Shown in pieces: positions 9,087-19,174 of a stretch of DNA of 64,000 bases (the first letter of the stretch is position 1; every line of letters starts with the position of its first letter). The stretch comes from a virus. A program made the translations under genes and the position numbers. The notes beneath the pieces are model-generated. The model worked only from the letters and a program-made list of their open reading frames with translations, had not been told where the DNA came from and did no database searches. Location of the stretch: positions 40,444-104,443 of IMG/VR virus record IMGVR_UViG_3300035150_000015; one strand, 5' to 3'.

Positions 9087-11570
9087 GGTCTGCGATCTTT
9101 TCCGGAAATAGCTTTCGTCCTTAGCCAATCCAGACCTGAGTAGTTTTTCCCTCCTTCTGTGCTCCGGGCAACAGTACGTCATAGAATTCTTAGGAGAAGT
9201 GTCCGTAAAATCAACTCCACAGTAACGATACCCACACTTTTTGACCCTGCCCTCAAGATCCTTAGCCTCCCTACAGGACGGACAATACTTGAAGTTGCCT
9301 AATTTCTCAGTTTCCCATTGAGACCCACACAGAAAACAGGTAAACTTTCTGACCCCAGAGACAGGGTGCTTTTCCCTTAAAACCCGTCGCCTATATCGAG
9401 CATAACAGGCAGCACTGTGAAAGTTAGCCGACTCAGTGGCCGACTTGAACTCAATCCCGCACCCCTTGCATACACGAAAACTTCCTTTCGGAGTCAAACA
9501 ACCTTTACATAGCCCGGAAGTCAGTGACTTGAACGGGGCCACCTTTCCACAAGAAGAGCACGATGAGATCCTCTGGCTGCCCCCATAAGAGGTGTTTGGC
9601 AAAGAATAGCAGACACCTTTCACCCAGCACAGAACCGATTCAGAACGGGATTCTGTACCAGGGCTAGGCAAGTAATAGAGTAACTTCTCCGCCCTCCCCA
9701 AACCCAACTCAGCCACCAGTCGAAGAGTATCCTCGACCAACGGGTAGTCACGATCCCAAAGTCTGAAATCGTCTACATTGACTACAAGCCATCCCCCGGA
9801 CTTGAGAGCCAACACACTTTTCTCTAAGACCTTTCTCCAAAAGAGGTTCAACCAATCTTCGTAAGTACAGTACTCTTCCCGACACCAATAAGGAGGTGAG
9901 GTCAGGACCATGTCCACATTCTCAGGAAATGTGGCTTCCTCGGACATCTCACACCGAATGTCAACAGTACCTTTCAAGTCTGGAAGGTACTGCCGGACCC
10001 AATCATTCAAACGAAGCAACCCAGCATGAGTCTCCGTAGAAGGGTCATACCCTACGTAGTTCGCTTGAGAGTTAGATAGCAATGTACCCAAAAGACGGCC
10101 ACCATACCCAGCACAAGGGTCTAAGACTGTGCCCCCCGTACAACAGAACCTGTCCACCAGAGCCTTTGCTGCCGAAGGCCTGAAATTGTATACCCCGGAT
10201 CTTTTCCAAAGCCTTAGAGCAGCCCGCATTCTAGCAGGGTTAGGAACATCCCCAGATTTCAGTATGAACCGAATCAGCTCTCTGAGTTGAAGGGGGTCCG
10301 AGAATAACTCTCGGGGGCTAGGGGCTCTGAAACTACTAGCCGACCAAATATGCTTCATGATTCCCTGACAAATACCTTGGCCGGCCTGTCTGGCTTTGAT
10401 TGCGCCATCTTGGATGACATGAGAAGGGTCAAGATTAAGTAGAACAGTGAGCTCTTCCGGACGGGGGACATGATAGGGAAATCCCGTTTCCGACCAAAAC
10501 TTGAAGAATGCTTCCACGAGTACCTCTTTACCAGAGTCGTCTAATGTAGGCCATTGTTTCACTTCAGCTACCAAGCCACTAGGTACCAAGGACTCATTTG
10601 TACGCACTGGCTGACGAGCAATAGCCCCTCTCCAATACTTAGCCGGGAACTTGTAGAGCATGTCGGGAGGGGCGTGCTCCCGAATCATCTTGAAAAAGGC
10701 GTCGGCTGAACGGGCACGGATCCCTAGTCTCTGACAAGTAAGGCATACAGGACATTTGGAATAGACATCCAAATTGAATCGGTTTCCTACTATACTCAGT
10801 ACAGACCTGAGTTCTTTTTCATCTACATTCCCCAAAGCTATTGTAGGCAAACCATCTCCCAAATGACCGTCGTCGAAGTACCAGTAAGCAAGGGACCTTG
10901 GAGTGAGCTCCTTCAGGATGGACTCCGGAAAGATCCGAACCCCCTCAGGATAAAAAATGGATCGCATCTTACGCAACCACTCATGCTGAATTGTCTGAAA
11001 GCCAAACCCAAACGTCAGACGACCGTTCTTCATCTCCTTCTCCGCATACCGAATGGGGAGAGCGTGAGGAGAAAGAAGCTTATGTAGATGCCTGAGGTAG
11101 TCTATCTGCTCCTGGTAATGAGACACCTTGAAGACCCCCCTCTCCAATAAATGACCATCCCCAAGAAGGACCCCTATGAAAGCCTCTTTCTGCTCCTCAG
11201 TCACCTCCTCATGAGAAGTTGACCGGTCACTCTTAGTCAAGGCAGGAATCCCGAATTCTTTCAGCTTAACTGAAATCGTTGGTTTGCTCACCCCGTAAAG
11301 AGCCCCTATCTCCCTCTGACCGAGAGAAGAGTACAAATCAGCCAACTTAGCAGGGGTTAGATCATCCAGGACTGGTTGACCCGGACGTTTGGCATCCCTT
11401 CTCTGTCTCAAAGAAATCGAAGGAATCCCGTACTTCCTTCGAAAGTAAGAAACGGCCACATCGGACATACCCAAAAGGACTCCTATCTCAGCATCCGTAT
11501 GCTCACGATACAGCTCTTCCAGGCGCTCTTTGGTCAGCCCTACTTCTTTAGCTCTGTTCCTACGTGCCAT
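9084..11570 (-). CDS. HTH-LAGLIDADG homing endonuclease fused to amino-DNA methyltransferase and C-terminal zinc ribbons
   Basis: Two HTH-like repeats; FIGVLLGDG and LAYWYFDDG; VLDPCAGYGGRLLG (SAM-binding); TSPPY (motif IV); multiple CxxC pairs. Confidence 0.8.
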   Translation of the reverse strand: MARRNRAKEVGLTKERLEELYREHTDAEIGVLLGMSDVAVSYFRRKYGIPSISLRQRRDAKRPGQPVLDDLTPAKLADLYSSLGQREIGALYGVSKPTISVKLKEFGIPALTKSDRSTSHEEVTEEQKEAFIGVLLGDGHLLERGVFKVSHYQEQIDYLRHLHKLLSPHALPIRYAEKEMKNGRLTFGFGFQTIQHEWLRKMRSIFYPEGVRIFPESILKELTPRSLAYWYFDDGHLGDGLPTIALGNVDEKELRSVLSIVGNRFNLDVYSKCPVCLTCQRLGIRARSADAFFKMIREHAPPDMLYKFPAKYWRGAIARQPVRTNESLVPSGLVAEVKQWPTLDDSGKEVLVEAFFKFWSETGFPYHVPRPEELTVLLNLDPSHVIQDGAIKARQAGQGICQGIMKHIWSASSFRAPSPRELFSDPLQLRELIRFILKSGDVPNPARMRAALRLWKRSGVYNFRPSAAKALVDRFCCTGGTVLDPCAGYGGRLLGTLLSNSQANYVGYDPSTETHAGLLRLNDWVRQYLPDLKGTVDIRCEMSEEATFPENVDMVLTSPPYWCREEYCTYEDWLNLFWRKVLEKSVLALKSGGWLVVNVDDFRLWDRDYPLVEDTLRLVAELGLGRAEKLLYYLPSPGTESRSESVLCWVKGVCYSLPNTSYGGSQRISSCSSCGKVAPFKSLTSGLCKGCLTPKGSFRVCKGCGIEFKSATESANFHSAACYARYRRRVLREKHPVSGVRKFTCFLCGSQWETEKLGNFKYCPSCREAKDLEGRVKKCGYRYCGVDFTDTSPKNSMTYCCPEHRRREKLLRSGLAKDESYFRKRSQT

Positions 11571-11656
11571 AGTAAGGGAACCCTACTACAGCCCTAACAT
11601 AAGATCAAGTGGTCTCTAGAACCACACCGGAGATAGGCCCCATAACCTAAATATAC

Positions 11657-11688
11657 AGAAGCCCCAGACAATTCTGTCTGAGGCTTCT
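11657..11688 (-). terminator. Hairpin after the major capsid gene, probable intrinsic terminator
   Basis: 14-bp stem agaagcctcagaca/tgtctggggcttct with a 4-nt loop, AT-rich flanks and a weak U-tract. Confidence 0.65.
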
Positions 11689-11718
11689 ATTTTACTCGAG
11701 AATTCCTGCTAGAATCTA

Positions 11719-12597
11719 TCAGGTGCGGGTGACCACGAGGCGCGTAAGACCACGGGGGTTGAAGGCCCCTATACCCAGATTCTCAAAGCAGCTGAAGCCA
11801 ATCGTCCGAGCCTTGGGGTCATCGGCCGACAGGACGGTCAATTCCGTCCTTACGGGGATGCGCCCAAAATTCTCGGGCTCACAGCAAACATACACGTAAC
11901 CGGCTGGAACCAGACGGCTGGTGATGATCTGAGCGCCCCAGAGAGTGCTCTGGAGACCGGTCTTGAGCAGGGTTGCCTGGGTCTCGATGTCCAGGATGTC
12001 CCGACCGAACTTACGGATGTCAGCGTAATCGGTCGCATTCATGTAAATGCGAGCAACACGCAGATCATGACGCTCGACCTCGGCGAAGGCGTCAGCAAGG
12101 ACGCTCGGCGAAATCGGAGCCACAACGGCGATATCCGGATTGGTCTGGGCAGCCAGGGTGTCGAAACCAGAGACCGCGATCGAGTCGAGAACCGCGAAGA
12201 CCCTCTCGTCCTCGGCCGCCTGAATCTGCGCACGGGCAAGATCCTGGGACCGCTCGATGAGGTCAAAGCGCCGCTCCTTGATCTGCGTCAGAGGAATCTC
12301 GGGGTTCGAGGCAATCTCGAACAACGGGAAAATAACCCTGCGAGGCTTCTGGATAGCGACGATGTTCTCGCCCTCTTCGCCAACCACGTATGCAGTGACG
12401 TCGGGGTCCTTGTCGTAGATCGGAAGAGCGCCGTCGGGGAGCTCCTCAACGAGGAAGGTTTTACGTCCCACCGCAGTGTAGTCACGGCGAGAGCGGAGGG
12501 GCTGAACCATCGAAGCTGCGAGCTTGGCGCGACCGGCGGCGGTCTTGATATACTCACTGATAATCCGTTGCTTTTGGGCGTTACTGACCTGATTCAT
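11719..12597 (-). CDS. Major capsid protein, HK97 fold
   Basis: PLRSRRDY..VGRKTFLVEELPDG, FEIASNP, LWGAQII resemble large-phage/encapsulin-like MCPs; strong codon bias; follows protease, scaffold and decoration genes. Confidence 0.85.
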   Translation of the reverse strand: MNQVSNAQKQRIISEYIKTAAGRAKLAASMVQPLRSRRDYTAVGRKTFLVEELPDGALPIYDKDPDVTAYVVGEEGENIVAIQKPRRVIFPLFEIASNPEIPLTQIKERRFDLIERSQDLARAQIQAAEDERVFAVLDSIAVSGFDTLAAQTNPDIAVVAPISPSVLADAFAEVERHDLRVARIYMNATDYADIRKFGRDILDIETQATLLKTGLQSTLWGAQIITSRLVPAGYVYVCCEPENFGRIPVRTELTVLSADDPKARTIGFSCFENLGIGAFNPRGLTRLVVTRT

Positions 12598-12652
12598 GGC
12601 TTCTTCCTTAGGGAACTTTCTTTTCCAGGTTAGGGGTTTACGGCTCCCGGGC

Positions 12653-13252
12653 TCAGATCCTCATGTCCAGTACCATTAGCGAGTTGTTCGCATCCGGTAC
12701 GACCTTGAGAACGCCGACGATGGTGTAAGTGGTTTGCTCGAAGCAGTTGTTATCGTTACCTGCATTGGTCAGAAGACCATTCGCCGAAGCGTACAGCGCG
12801 TCGCCAACTGCGTAGGTAAGAGCCGCAGCACTGTTGAGATCCTGAGTCTCATACAGAGTCACGCCCACAACGGACATGCCATTGAAGTACGGACCACGGT
12901 TCGAAGCCACACCAGGGGTGTTTTCGTAGGCATTGCCCACGGCGTCATTGATGAAAAGTCCGAGAGGCTTGCACGTAGCTGTACCAACGCCACCGGAGGT
13001 GTCAGGACCACCGATATAGCCGTTGCCAGCATCTCCACGGGTGAAAGCTACGCTGGCACCCAAGACACCAGTCTTGGTGATACCAGATAGCGTAGTACTT
13101 ACAGTAGTAGCCCCAGTGACCGTGGGAGGATTAGCCTGAGTGAAAGCGTCCGCCGCCATGATACCGAGTGCATTTCGGTGTCCGACGTGGAAAATCTGGA
13201 CTCGTCCACTAGTTTCCCGGTAGTCACCCGAGCTTTGACCATATGCTAGCAT
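12653..13252 (-). CDS. Head decoration/cement protein
   Basis: Lies between scaffold and MCP; PLGLF...TYAVGDALYASANGLLT...VGVL pattern. Confidence 0.6.
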   Translation of the reverse strand: MLAYGQSSGDYRETSGRVQIFHVGHRNALGIMAADAFTQANPPTVTGATTVSTTLSGITKTGVLGASVAFTRGDAGNGYIGGPDTSGGVGTATCKPLGLFINDAVGNAYENTPGVASNRGPYFNGMSVVGVTLYETQDLNSAAALTYAVGDALYASANGLLTNAGNDNNCFEQTTYTIVGVLKVVPDANNSLMVLDMRI

Positions 13253-13314
13253 GTTTTCTTGCTCCTATTGGTTAGTTGCTTGCTGGGGTTGACCGATACT
13301 CATTCATATTTGGG

Positions 13315-14532
13315 TCAGCGACCAAAGGTCTGGGAGACGTCAGGGGACGTTGACCAAAGATTTGAAAGCTTATCAACATCGCTGTTGACATCGCTGGGGG
13401 AACTTCCACCTAACTTGGAAACGCCACCAGAGGGGCGAGTTCCAACGGTTCGGGTCGAAGCGGTTCGGACAGGAGTTTCCTTGGCAGGAGCCTCAAGATC
13501 CGTGGCGAACAGGGAACGAAGAACCTCATCCTCCTGGCCAGCAGTGACATCCAGACTCATCTCAGGGCTTTCGAGCTCAATCTCGAATTCACCTTCATTA
13601 GCCATCAGCATCTGCTCCTGGGACTGATCCATCTGGGGCTCTTGGGCCAACTGTGGATCGAGCATCTGGCTTAGAAGCTGTTCGTCATCCACGGGCACCT
13701 GCTGCTGGACCTGAACCTCTTCCTGAACAGGCTGTTGCTGGGACATGAGCTGCTGCTGAAGCTGGGCCAGGAGCTGTTGCTGCTGCTCTTGGCTCATCTG
13801 GCACATAGCCTGGACAACCTTCTTCTGGACGTCTTCGTCCTCTTCGTCCTTCTTTTCCTGCTGATCAGCGGCCTGCTTCTCTTCCTGCTGCTCAGTTTCC
13901 TTCTTCTCTTCCTGCTGATCAGCGGCCTGCTTCTCTTGCTCAGCCTTATCTCCCTGCTCAGCTTCCTTCTTCTCTTCTTGCTGCTCGGTGGCTTGCTTAT
14001 CTTGCTGGGCCTGAGCCTTCTCTTGCTGGGCCTGAGCCTTCTCTTCGTCAGCCTCAGCCTGCTCTTCGTCAGCTTCAGCCTCTTCCTCGTCGTCCTCGTC
14101 CTCGTCAGCGGCGGAAACTAGACGACTGGCAGTCTTAAGGAGCTCAGAATCAGAAAGGGTCATAAACGAAAGGGCCTGATCGACAAGAACATCGTCAGAA
14201 GCTGTCTTACCAAGCAAGGCGCGAGCGACATCAACACACAAATCGGCTTTTTTGATCAAAAACCCATGATCTTCGGCCGCTTTGAAGGTGTCGGACCTGA
14301 ACTCGGGCATACCGATCTCGTTTCTACGAGTCTCATCACCCTCATACTCAGCCTTCCACGTATCGCCAGACTCGTGTACATCCTCAGCAAACTCCGAAGG
14401 TCCACCAGTTTCGTACTCGGTGGCGGACGGCTGCTGCTGCAGGTGGTCCTGGTTCATTGCCCGGGGATCTTCTGCCAATTTGGCAGCCAGGCTAGCAATC
14501 CGGTCTCGGTCCCATGTGGTGCGCTCGCGCAT
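13315..14532 (-). CDS. Capsid scaffolding protein
   Basis: Acidic, Q/E-rich low-complexity coiled coil between protease and decoration/MCP. Confidence 0.6.
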   Translation of the reverse strand: MRERTTWDRDRIASLAAKLAEDPRAMNQDHLQQQPSATEYETGGPSEFAEDVHESGDTWKAEYEGDETRRNEIGMPEFRSDTFKAAEDHGFLIKKADLCVDVARALLGKTASDDVLVDQALSFMTLSDSELLKTASRLVSAADEDEDDEEEAEADEEQAEADEEKAQAQQEKAQAQQDKQATEQQEEKKEAEQGDKAEQEKQAADQQEEKKETEQQEEKQAADQQEKKDEEDEDVQKKVVQAMCQMSQEQQQQLLAQLQQQLMSQQQPVQEEVQVQQQVPVDDEQLLSQMLDPQLAQEPQMDQSQEQMLMANEGEFEIELESPEMSLDVTAGQEDEVLRSLFATDLEAPAKETPVRTASTRTVGTRPSGGVSKLGGSSPSDVNSDVDKLSNLWSTSPDVSQTFGR

Positions 14533-14564
14533 GGTTAATCACCTTTCCTGCCCAGAGAGGGCAT

Positions 14565-14576
14565 ATAAAGAGATTC
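14565..14576 (-). promoter_or_regulatory. Motif B variant GAATCTCTTTAT
   Basis: Intergenic, upstream of the scaffold-decoration-MCP genes, followed by a tgccc/gggca hairpin. Confidence 0.45.
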
Positions 14577-14577
14577 T

Positions 14578-17547
14578 CTACGATCCTAGGTCGTAAAGTC
14601 TCCCTTTTGTAATTAGGGCGTCCCTCTCGGAGCCCTGCAGGTCTCTACCAATCACCCGCCGACAAGCGGCGAGATAGCTATTCAGATCCTCGTAAACAGA
14701 AAAACCGCCGACACTTACTACGGTTTTATATATTCTGGATTCACCTGCGATCCTCGGCGTATCCGTGAACTCATCAAGGAAACGAGATACAGCCAGAATC
14801 TCTGTTCCGTTTAACCGGCCAGAGGCTTGTACGGCCCTCCAGCCGCCATTCTTGTGGAGTAGAAGACCATACAATACCTTACGCGCCAATACACAATTAG
14901 GTATTCTAGACCCCACCTTCTCAGCAATCATTCTCCAAGAAGCATTCTTGGTGAAGGCCTCCTTGATGAGAGTCTCGTTAAGGTTCTCATCCAAAGTTGG
15001 GTTTTCCCCCTTCCCAATCTGCTCCCGAACCTTCTCCACAGCTTTTTCCCTGAGGAACTCAGCTAGGTCCCCGACAGCCTGGTCCAAAGGATCGTCCTCG
15101 GTCTTCTTCTCTTCTTTGGGCTCACCACCAAATTCCCCACCCTCACCAAAGTCGAAGCCTTCCTCACCAGCCGCAGACAAAAGGCTGGCGGCCCTCTGGA
15201 AGGCTCCCAAGTCGGTCACTCGGGCAGCTTGTGAGAAGGCCACCTGAACCTTGTTCCGGATCTGTTTTATTTCAGAGGGGGTCAAAATATTGCGCAACAC
15301 AGCCCCAGTGAAGGCTGGGTGAGCTACCCAACTAGCTTCGATGAACTTGACGCTATTTGGGTCAGATCGGTGACCACAAAGCTCAGCAATTTTACGTTTG
15401 TTGCCCAGGCCATCCAAGTAGGTCTGGCCCTTCATATAGCGAATATGTGGGCAATTATGGACCGCCACCCCCTCTACAACATATGAATGGTCCTCTTCAA
15501 CCCCAACATTATGCACTGGACCAGAATACAGCTCCGAGAATACCCCCCTGACTCTGTAGACAAACCAGTTTCCAACTCGCTTAAATCCACCATTAGTTAG
15601 CGAGGCCATTGTCACCCGAGCTGTTTCTCGATCTTCAAACCGAGCTTCTCCTGAGAATCCAACAGGCTCTGGACAAGTTACAGAAAAACTTGGGAGCCAT
15701 CCTCTTTGATCACGGATCGTTACTGACCCGTCCCCGTTCACAACCTCCTGAACAGTGGCGAGCTTACCTCCAAAGACGATAGCTCGACGAGCATACATCT
15801 CGCAACGAGCCGCAAGCACGTGCATTTGGCTACACAAGTTGAAAGAAGCCGTGTTTCCCCGAATACCATTAGCATTCTGGGTTCCATCTCCGCCAAGCCA
15901 ACATTTGAGTACGTGTGCTTGAACACTAGAAGGCCACAACATCACCTCTCGAGAAAGTCGCTTAGCACTTGCATATTCCCCACAATGCCTGAAGAAAAAC
16001 GCAGCTGCTTCCTGATCCATAAGTCGGACAGAACATGAGGACCCATTATCATAGATTCGAGGGAGGACATCGTGACAAGCCTCTTGAACCCAACAACGAC
16101 CACACACCTTGCATTTATAGCAGTCGTCCCGACCAGGTTTGAATCTAGCGTTTAGGGCATATTCTGAAGGAGCCTCACATGAAGGACATGATACCTCTTC
16201 AGGTATTGAACGACTCGTTGACCGACGCTTAACTTGCTTGGTCCCTCGCTCCTGAACGAGCTGTTTCCACTGCACCGACACTGGACGGCGTTTTCGTCCA
16301 AAGACTTCAGACAAGAGCCGAGAAGTTTCCTCTACCAAAGTAGTACGTTCATGAGAACCAAAATCAAAACTCACCCCCACAAGCTCACCCTTACGCTTGA
16401 TAAACGAGCCTTCAGCCGCGAAATAACCAATCAATCGGGCCTTTTCAATTGTAGCATCAGTTGTCAACACCTCACCCTGAGGGATTGGGAACGCAAGGTA
16501 ATCTCCAACTCGGATATCCTGAGCTTCCGTGAAATCAAACTTCACCTCGAACAAATTCCGCCACTCATCGAGGCTCACCACATCCCGAGAAGGGTTCGGA
16601 TTTCGAAGTCTAGTGTTATGACCCGGTAGAAACCGACGCCTGAATGCCTTCTGACTCCCACGCTCATGTTCAACAGTTCTTTGTAGGGACTGACCACACC
16701 CGCAAGCACATTCGATCTCTGGACGAAGCACCCAGTAAGGGTGATCAGGAGTAGACATCAACTTAGATGGAACCCCTTCGACATCCAAAACACTGAGTGA
16801 GCCTTCATGATGACTACTCATCACTTCCGTCACGGCACGAGCATTGCCCTTGTGGGTGATCAGCATATCGCCCACAACCACATCTTCAATCGGAACATAT
16901 GTCCCATCTTGACGAAGCACTCTGGTGCCAGGAGGGAAGCAAAGTTGGGTTTCGTCCTCGGCCACATTCCCACACTTAGTGCAGGTCGTATGGCCGACCT
17001 GGCAGCCCATAGACATGGTCTGAACTTGTCTGGACTGAATCGCAGCCACCAAAGGCTTGTGTTTCAGAGCCGTGGCCACCAGGATATCAACATAGACAGA
17101 ATCCCCAATATCCCTGGCCGCCGCATCAATGATTTTGCCCTTGGAGAGCTCGGGAATTTGTAGATGCTCTACGTAGTTTTCACCCCCAATGAAAGTCTTG
17201 TAAGTAGCTAAAAGTAAACGCCTCTCCCACGCATCAAAATTGTTATTTATAAAACTCTGAGTTCCAGGGGTAATCAGAAAGTCCCCAAACTTCCGGTCAA
17301 TCTCGAACCCGTCAATCATCTGCCGTCCCAGAGGGAGACCTGACTCCTCGGTATCTACAGAAGCGATAATTGTAGCGTGGCTCAAAAGATATTCCTTGGG
17401 GTCATACTTCTGGATGACCTGAGAAGCCTTTTTACTGAAAAAGCCTTTTCCCGAAAGGGCTTTAGCCCTCACTTCATCCCACACCGGAAGTTTGACATCC
17501 GGTTGGATTACAGTGGCATTGGCATAACGCAAAAAGGCCATTCTCAC
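14578..17547 (-). CDS. Prohead (capsid maturation) protease with intein
   Basis: Extein motifs NYVEH, SMGC, CTKC...CPH and FIEASWVAHPA resemble HK97-type prohead proteases with a zinc-finger insert; genomic position fits. Confidence 0.7.
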   Translation of the reverse strand: MRMAFLRYANATVIQPDVKLPVWDEVRAKALSGKGFFSKKASQVIQKYDPKEYLLSHATIIASVDTEESGLPLGRQMIDGFEIDRKFGDFLITPGTQSFINNNFDAWERRLLLATYKTFIGGENYVEHLQIPELSKGKIIDAAARDIGDSVYVDILVATALKHKPLVAAIQSRQVQTMSMGCQVGHTTCTKCGNVAEDETQLCFPPGTRVLRQDGTYVPIEDVVVGDMLITHKGNARAVTEVMSSHHEGSLSVLDVEGVPSKLMSTPDHPYWVLRPEIECACGCGQSLQRTVEHERGSQKAFRRRFLPGHNTRLRNPNPSRDVVSLDEWRNLFEVKFDFTEAQDIRVGDYLAFPIPQGEVLTTDATIEKARLIGYFAAEGSFIKRKGELVGVSFDFGSHERTTLVEETSRLLSEVFGRKRRPVSVQWKQLVQERGTKQVKRRSTSRSIPEEVSCPSCEAPSEYALNARFKPGRDDCYKCKVCGRCWVQEACHDVLPRIYDNGSSCSVRLMDQEAAAFFFRHCGEYASAKRLSREVMLWPSSVQAHVLKCWLGGDGTQNANGIRGNTASFNLCSQMHVLAARCEMYARRAIVFGGKLATVQEVVNGDGSVTIRDQRGWLPSFSVTCPEPVGFSGEARFEDRETARVTMASLTNGGFKRVGNWFVYRVRGVFSELYSGPVHNVGVEEDHSYVVEGVAVHNCPHIRYMKGQTYLDGLGNKRKIAELCGHRSDPNSVKFIEASWVAHPAFTGAVLRNILTPSEIKQIRNKVQVAFSQAARVTDLGAFQRAASLLSAAGEEGFDFGEGGEFGGEPKEEKKTEDDPLDQAVGDLAEFLREKAVEKVREQIGKGENPTLDENLNETLIKEAFTKNASWRMIAEKVGSRIPNCVLARKVLYGLLLHKNGGWRAVQASGRLNGTEILAVSRFLDEFTDTPRIAGESRIYKTVVSVGGFSVYEDLNSYLAACRRVIGRDLQGSERDALITKGRLYDLGS
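15454..16941 (-). mobile_element. Intein (496 aa) with LAGLIDADG endonuclease in the prohead protease
   Basis: Starts CFPPGT, has TPDHP block B and LIGYFAAEG/WLGGDG motifs, ends VHN followed by Cys. Confidence 0.92.
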
Positions 17548-17987
17548 CCCATCTTCAGGAGTACTTGGTTGACCAGGTCCCTCTTGGCGGATGCCACCTT
17601 GAAAGCTTCAAGATGGGAGACCATGGACCTGTACTTCTTCAATTGTTTTCGAAGGCTCTGTAGTCCCCTTTTTTCGGAATCCTTGGCAGAAAATTCCGCT
17701 TGCTGCAGAGCCCTCTGAGCCTTTCCCAGAAGACCTAGACTGACTGACTTCCCCTCTTCGACCCTCTTCTTCAAGAGATCAACAGGGTTTCCAGCTGGTC
17801 TGTTCTTCCAGACTTCCCCGATGCTATCACTGACACCCTTGTCTACCCTAACCTTGACATTGGTGCCTCCGGACGGTCCCTCAGTCTTGTCCCTTTTCAC
17901 ATGATGCTTACGAGGGTCAGCTTTGGGGTGCTCTCTCAAATAAGTTCTGAGGGCTTCAGGAGATTCGAATTCTTTGGAAGTTTTCAT
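17544..17987 (-). CDS. Basic hypothetical protein, probable head protein
   Basis: YLREHPKADPRKHHVK motif; KVAS near the C-terminus. Confidence 0.55.
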   Translation of the reverse strand: MKTSKEFESPEALRTYLREHPKADPRKHHVKRDKTEGPSGGTNVKVRVDKGVSDSIGEVWKNRPAGNPVDLLKKRVEEGKSVSLGLLGKAQRALQQAEFSAKDSEKRGLQSLRKQLKKYRSMVSHLEAFKVASAKRDLVNQVLLKMG

Positions 17988-17989
17988 CC

Positions 17990-18706
17990 TCACCACTCCA
18001 CTGGAGAGCCATCAGGACCAAGAATATCGGCTTGACGGATCAAGTACATATCCTGCGGGCAAGCAAACAATCGGATTTTCCGGCCCTCCGCCATCTTGTA
18101 AGTGGTCCTCCGCATCTGAGTCCCACACTTAGGGCAGTTCGGAAGACGAGCTGTGACTTCAGCCCTTGTAGCCCGGTGCTGGCGATTCTGAGCGGCCCAA
18201 TAGGTGGCAGTCTTCCTGGCGTGCTGTTCCAGCAACAGATCAAGAGATCTGGAAGCAAAGCGGTAGAACTTCTTTACCTCATCCAGAAGAACGTCGTCTT
18301 CTGTCGCGGCCCCGTACTTACGCCACAAGCTATCGTAAGCTAGAACCTCTCCCACATTCGAGTGGAACAAACGGGCCATGTCCCGATGAAATCCAGGAGG
18401 GACCTGAGTGGTTCTCCATAGATTCTGAAGCCTCTCCCTGGCCTTCTTGGTCACCTCCATCCCAGGAAAGTAGGAAAATTCTACTGTGGGTGGGAGATAA
18501 GCTGCGAATTCCGGAGATGACTTTACAAGCCACTCCGGAGATACGCGCTCACTGCCAAACGGCCACTGGACATCGACAAAACCAATCCCCGGCAACACGG
18601 CCAAAACCCTCCCGGCATAAGGGGTAACCCCCTGCCCGGGAAGGATTTGCTGTACGGTATCACCAACAGAAAAGTCTTTGGTCAGAGTCCAGTAGTCAAT
18701 CGCCAC
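17990..18706 (-). CDS. Hypothetical protein with SH3-like N-terminus and C-terminal zinc ribbon
   Basis: FSVGDTV...GRV...VDVQW; CPKCG...CPQD. Confidence 0.6.
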   Translation of the reverse strand: MAIDYWTLTKDFSVGDTVQQILPGQGVTPYAGRVLAVLPGIGFVDVQWPFGSERVSPEWLVKSSPEFAAYLPPTVEFSYFPGMEVTKKARERLQNLWRTTQVPPGFHRDMARLFHSNVGEVLAYDSLWRKYGAATEDDVLLDEVKKFYRFASRSLDLLLEQHARKTATYWAAQNRQHRATRAEVTARLPNCPKCGTQMRRTTYKMAEGRKIRLFACPQDMYLIRQADILGPDGSPVEW

Positions 18707-18747
18707 GGCAGAACCCTCAAGAAAAAACGGGATGGTAGAAAAGAAGC

Positions 18748-19143
18748 TTACGGAGCGAGAGGGCGCCCGGTCTCAGACTTACCAGTCTCAACAGCCGAGG
18801 ACTGATCGTCGGAATAAGCCTGCATGTAAGGCTCGTCAGCGTCGGTCTGAACAGGCTTCTGAGGGTTCTCAAAGGTAGCCATGTAAGGCTCGTCAGCGTC
18901 ACGCTGGAGAACCTTGGCTTCCTTGAGCAGTTTCACCTGACGACGCTCCAAGGAATCCTGCCCATAGGCACGAACCTCGAGCTCATCAGCAGTTTTGTCC
19001 AAGTTGTTGACAATCTCTTTGGCGGTATCAAAAGAGATCCCCAAAGCTTCGTGGTTGGCCTGGATCTCTCCGGCAGCCACGTCCAAGTGAGCAAGAATGG
19101 TATTGACCGTCTTGATTTGTTCGGCGGATAGCTTGGTAGGCAT
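18748..19143 (-). CDS. Hypothetical protein with two DADEPYM repeats
   Basis: ATG at 19143 with AGGAG SD. Confidence 0.65.
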   Translation of the reverse strand: MPTKLSAEQIKTVNTILAHLDVAAGEIQANHEALGISFDTAKEIVNNLDKTADELEVRAYGQDSLERRQVKLLKEAKVLQRDADEPYMATFENPQKPVQTDADEPYMQAYSDDQSSAVETGKSETGRPLAP

Positions 19144-19174
19144 TTCCGTTACTCCTGAGGGTTGCTTGTTACTT

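Noticed and set aside
9084-11570. LAGLIDADG domain as part of an intein or group I intron
   Set aside because: No Cys/Ser start block or His-Asn end, and neighbouring genes are not interrupted.
13680-14110. Low-complexity nucleotide repeats
   Set aside because: Explained by Q/E/A-rich coding sequence of the scaffold protein.
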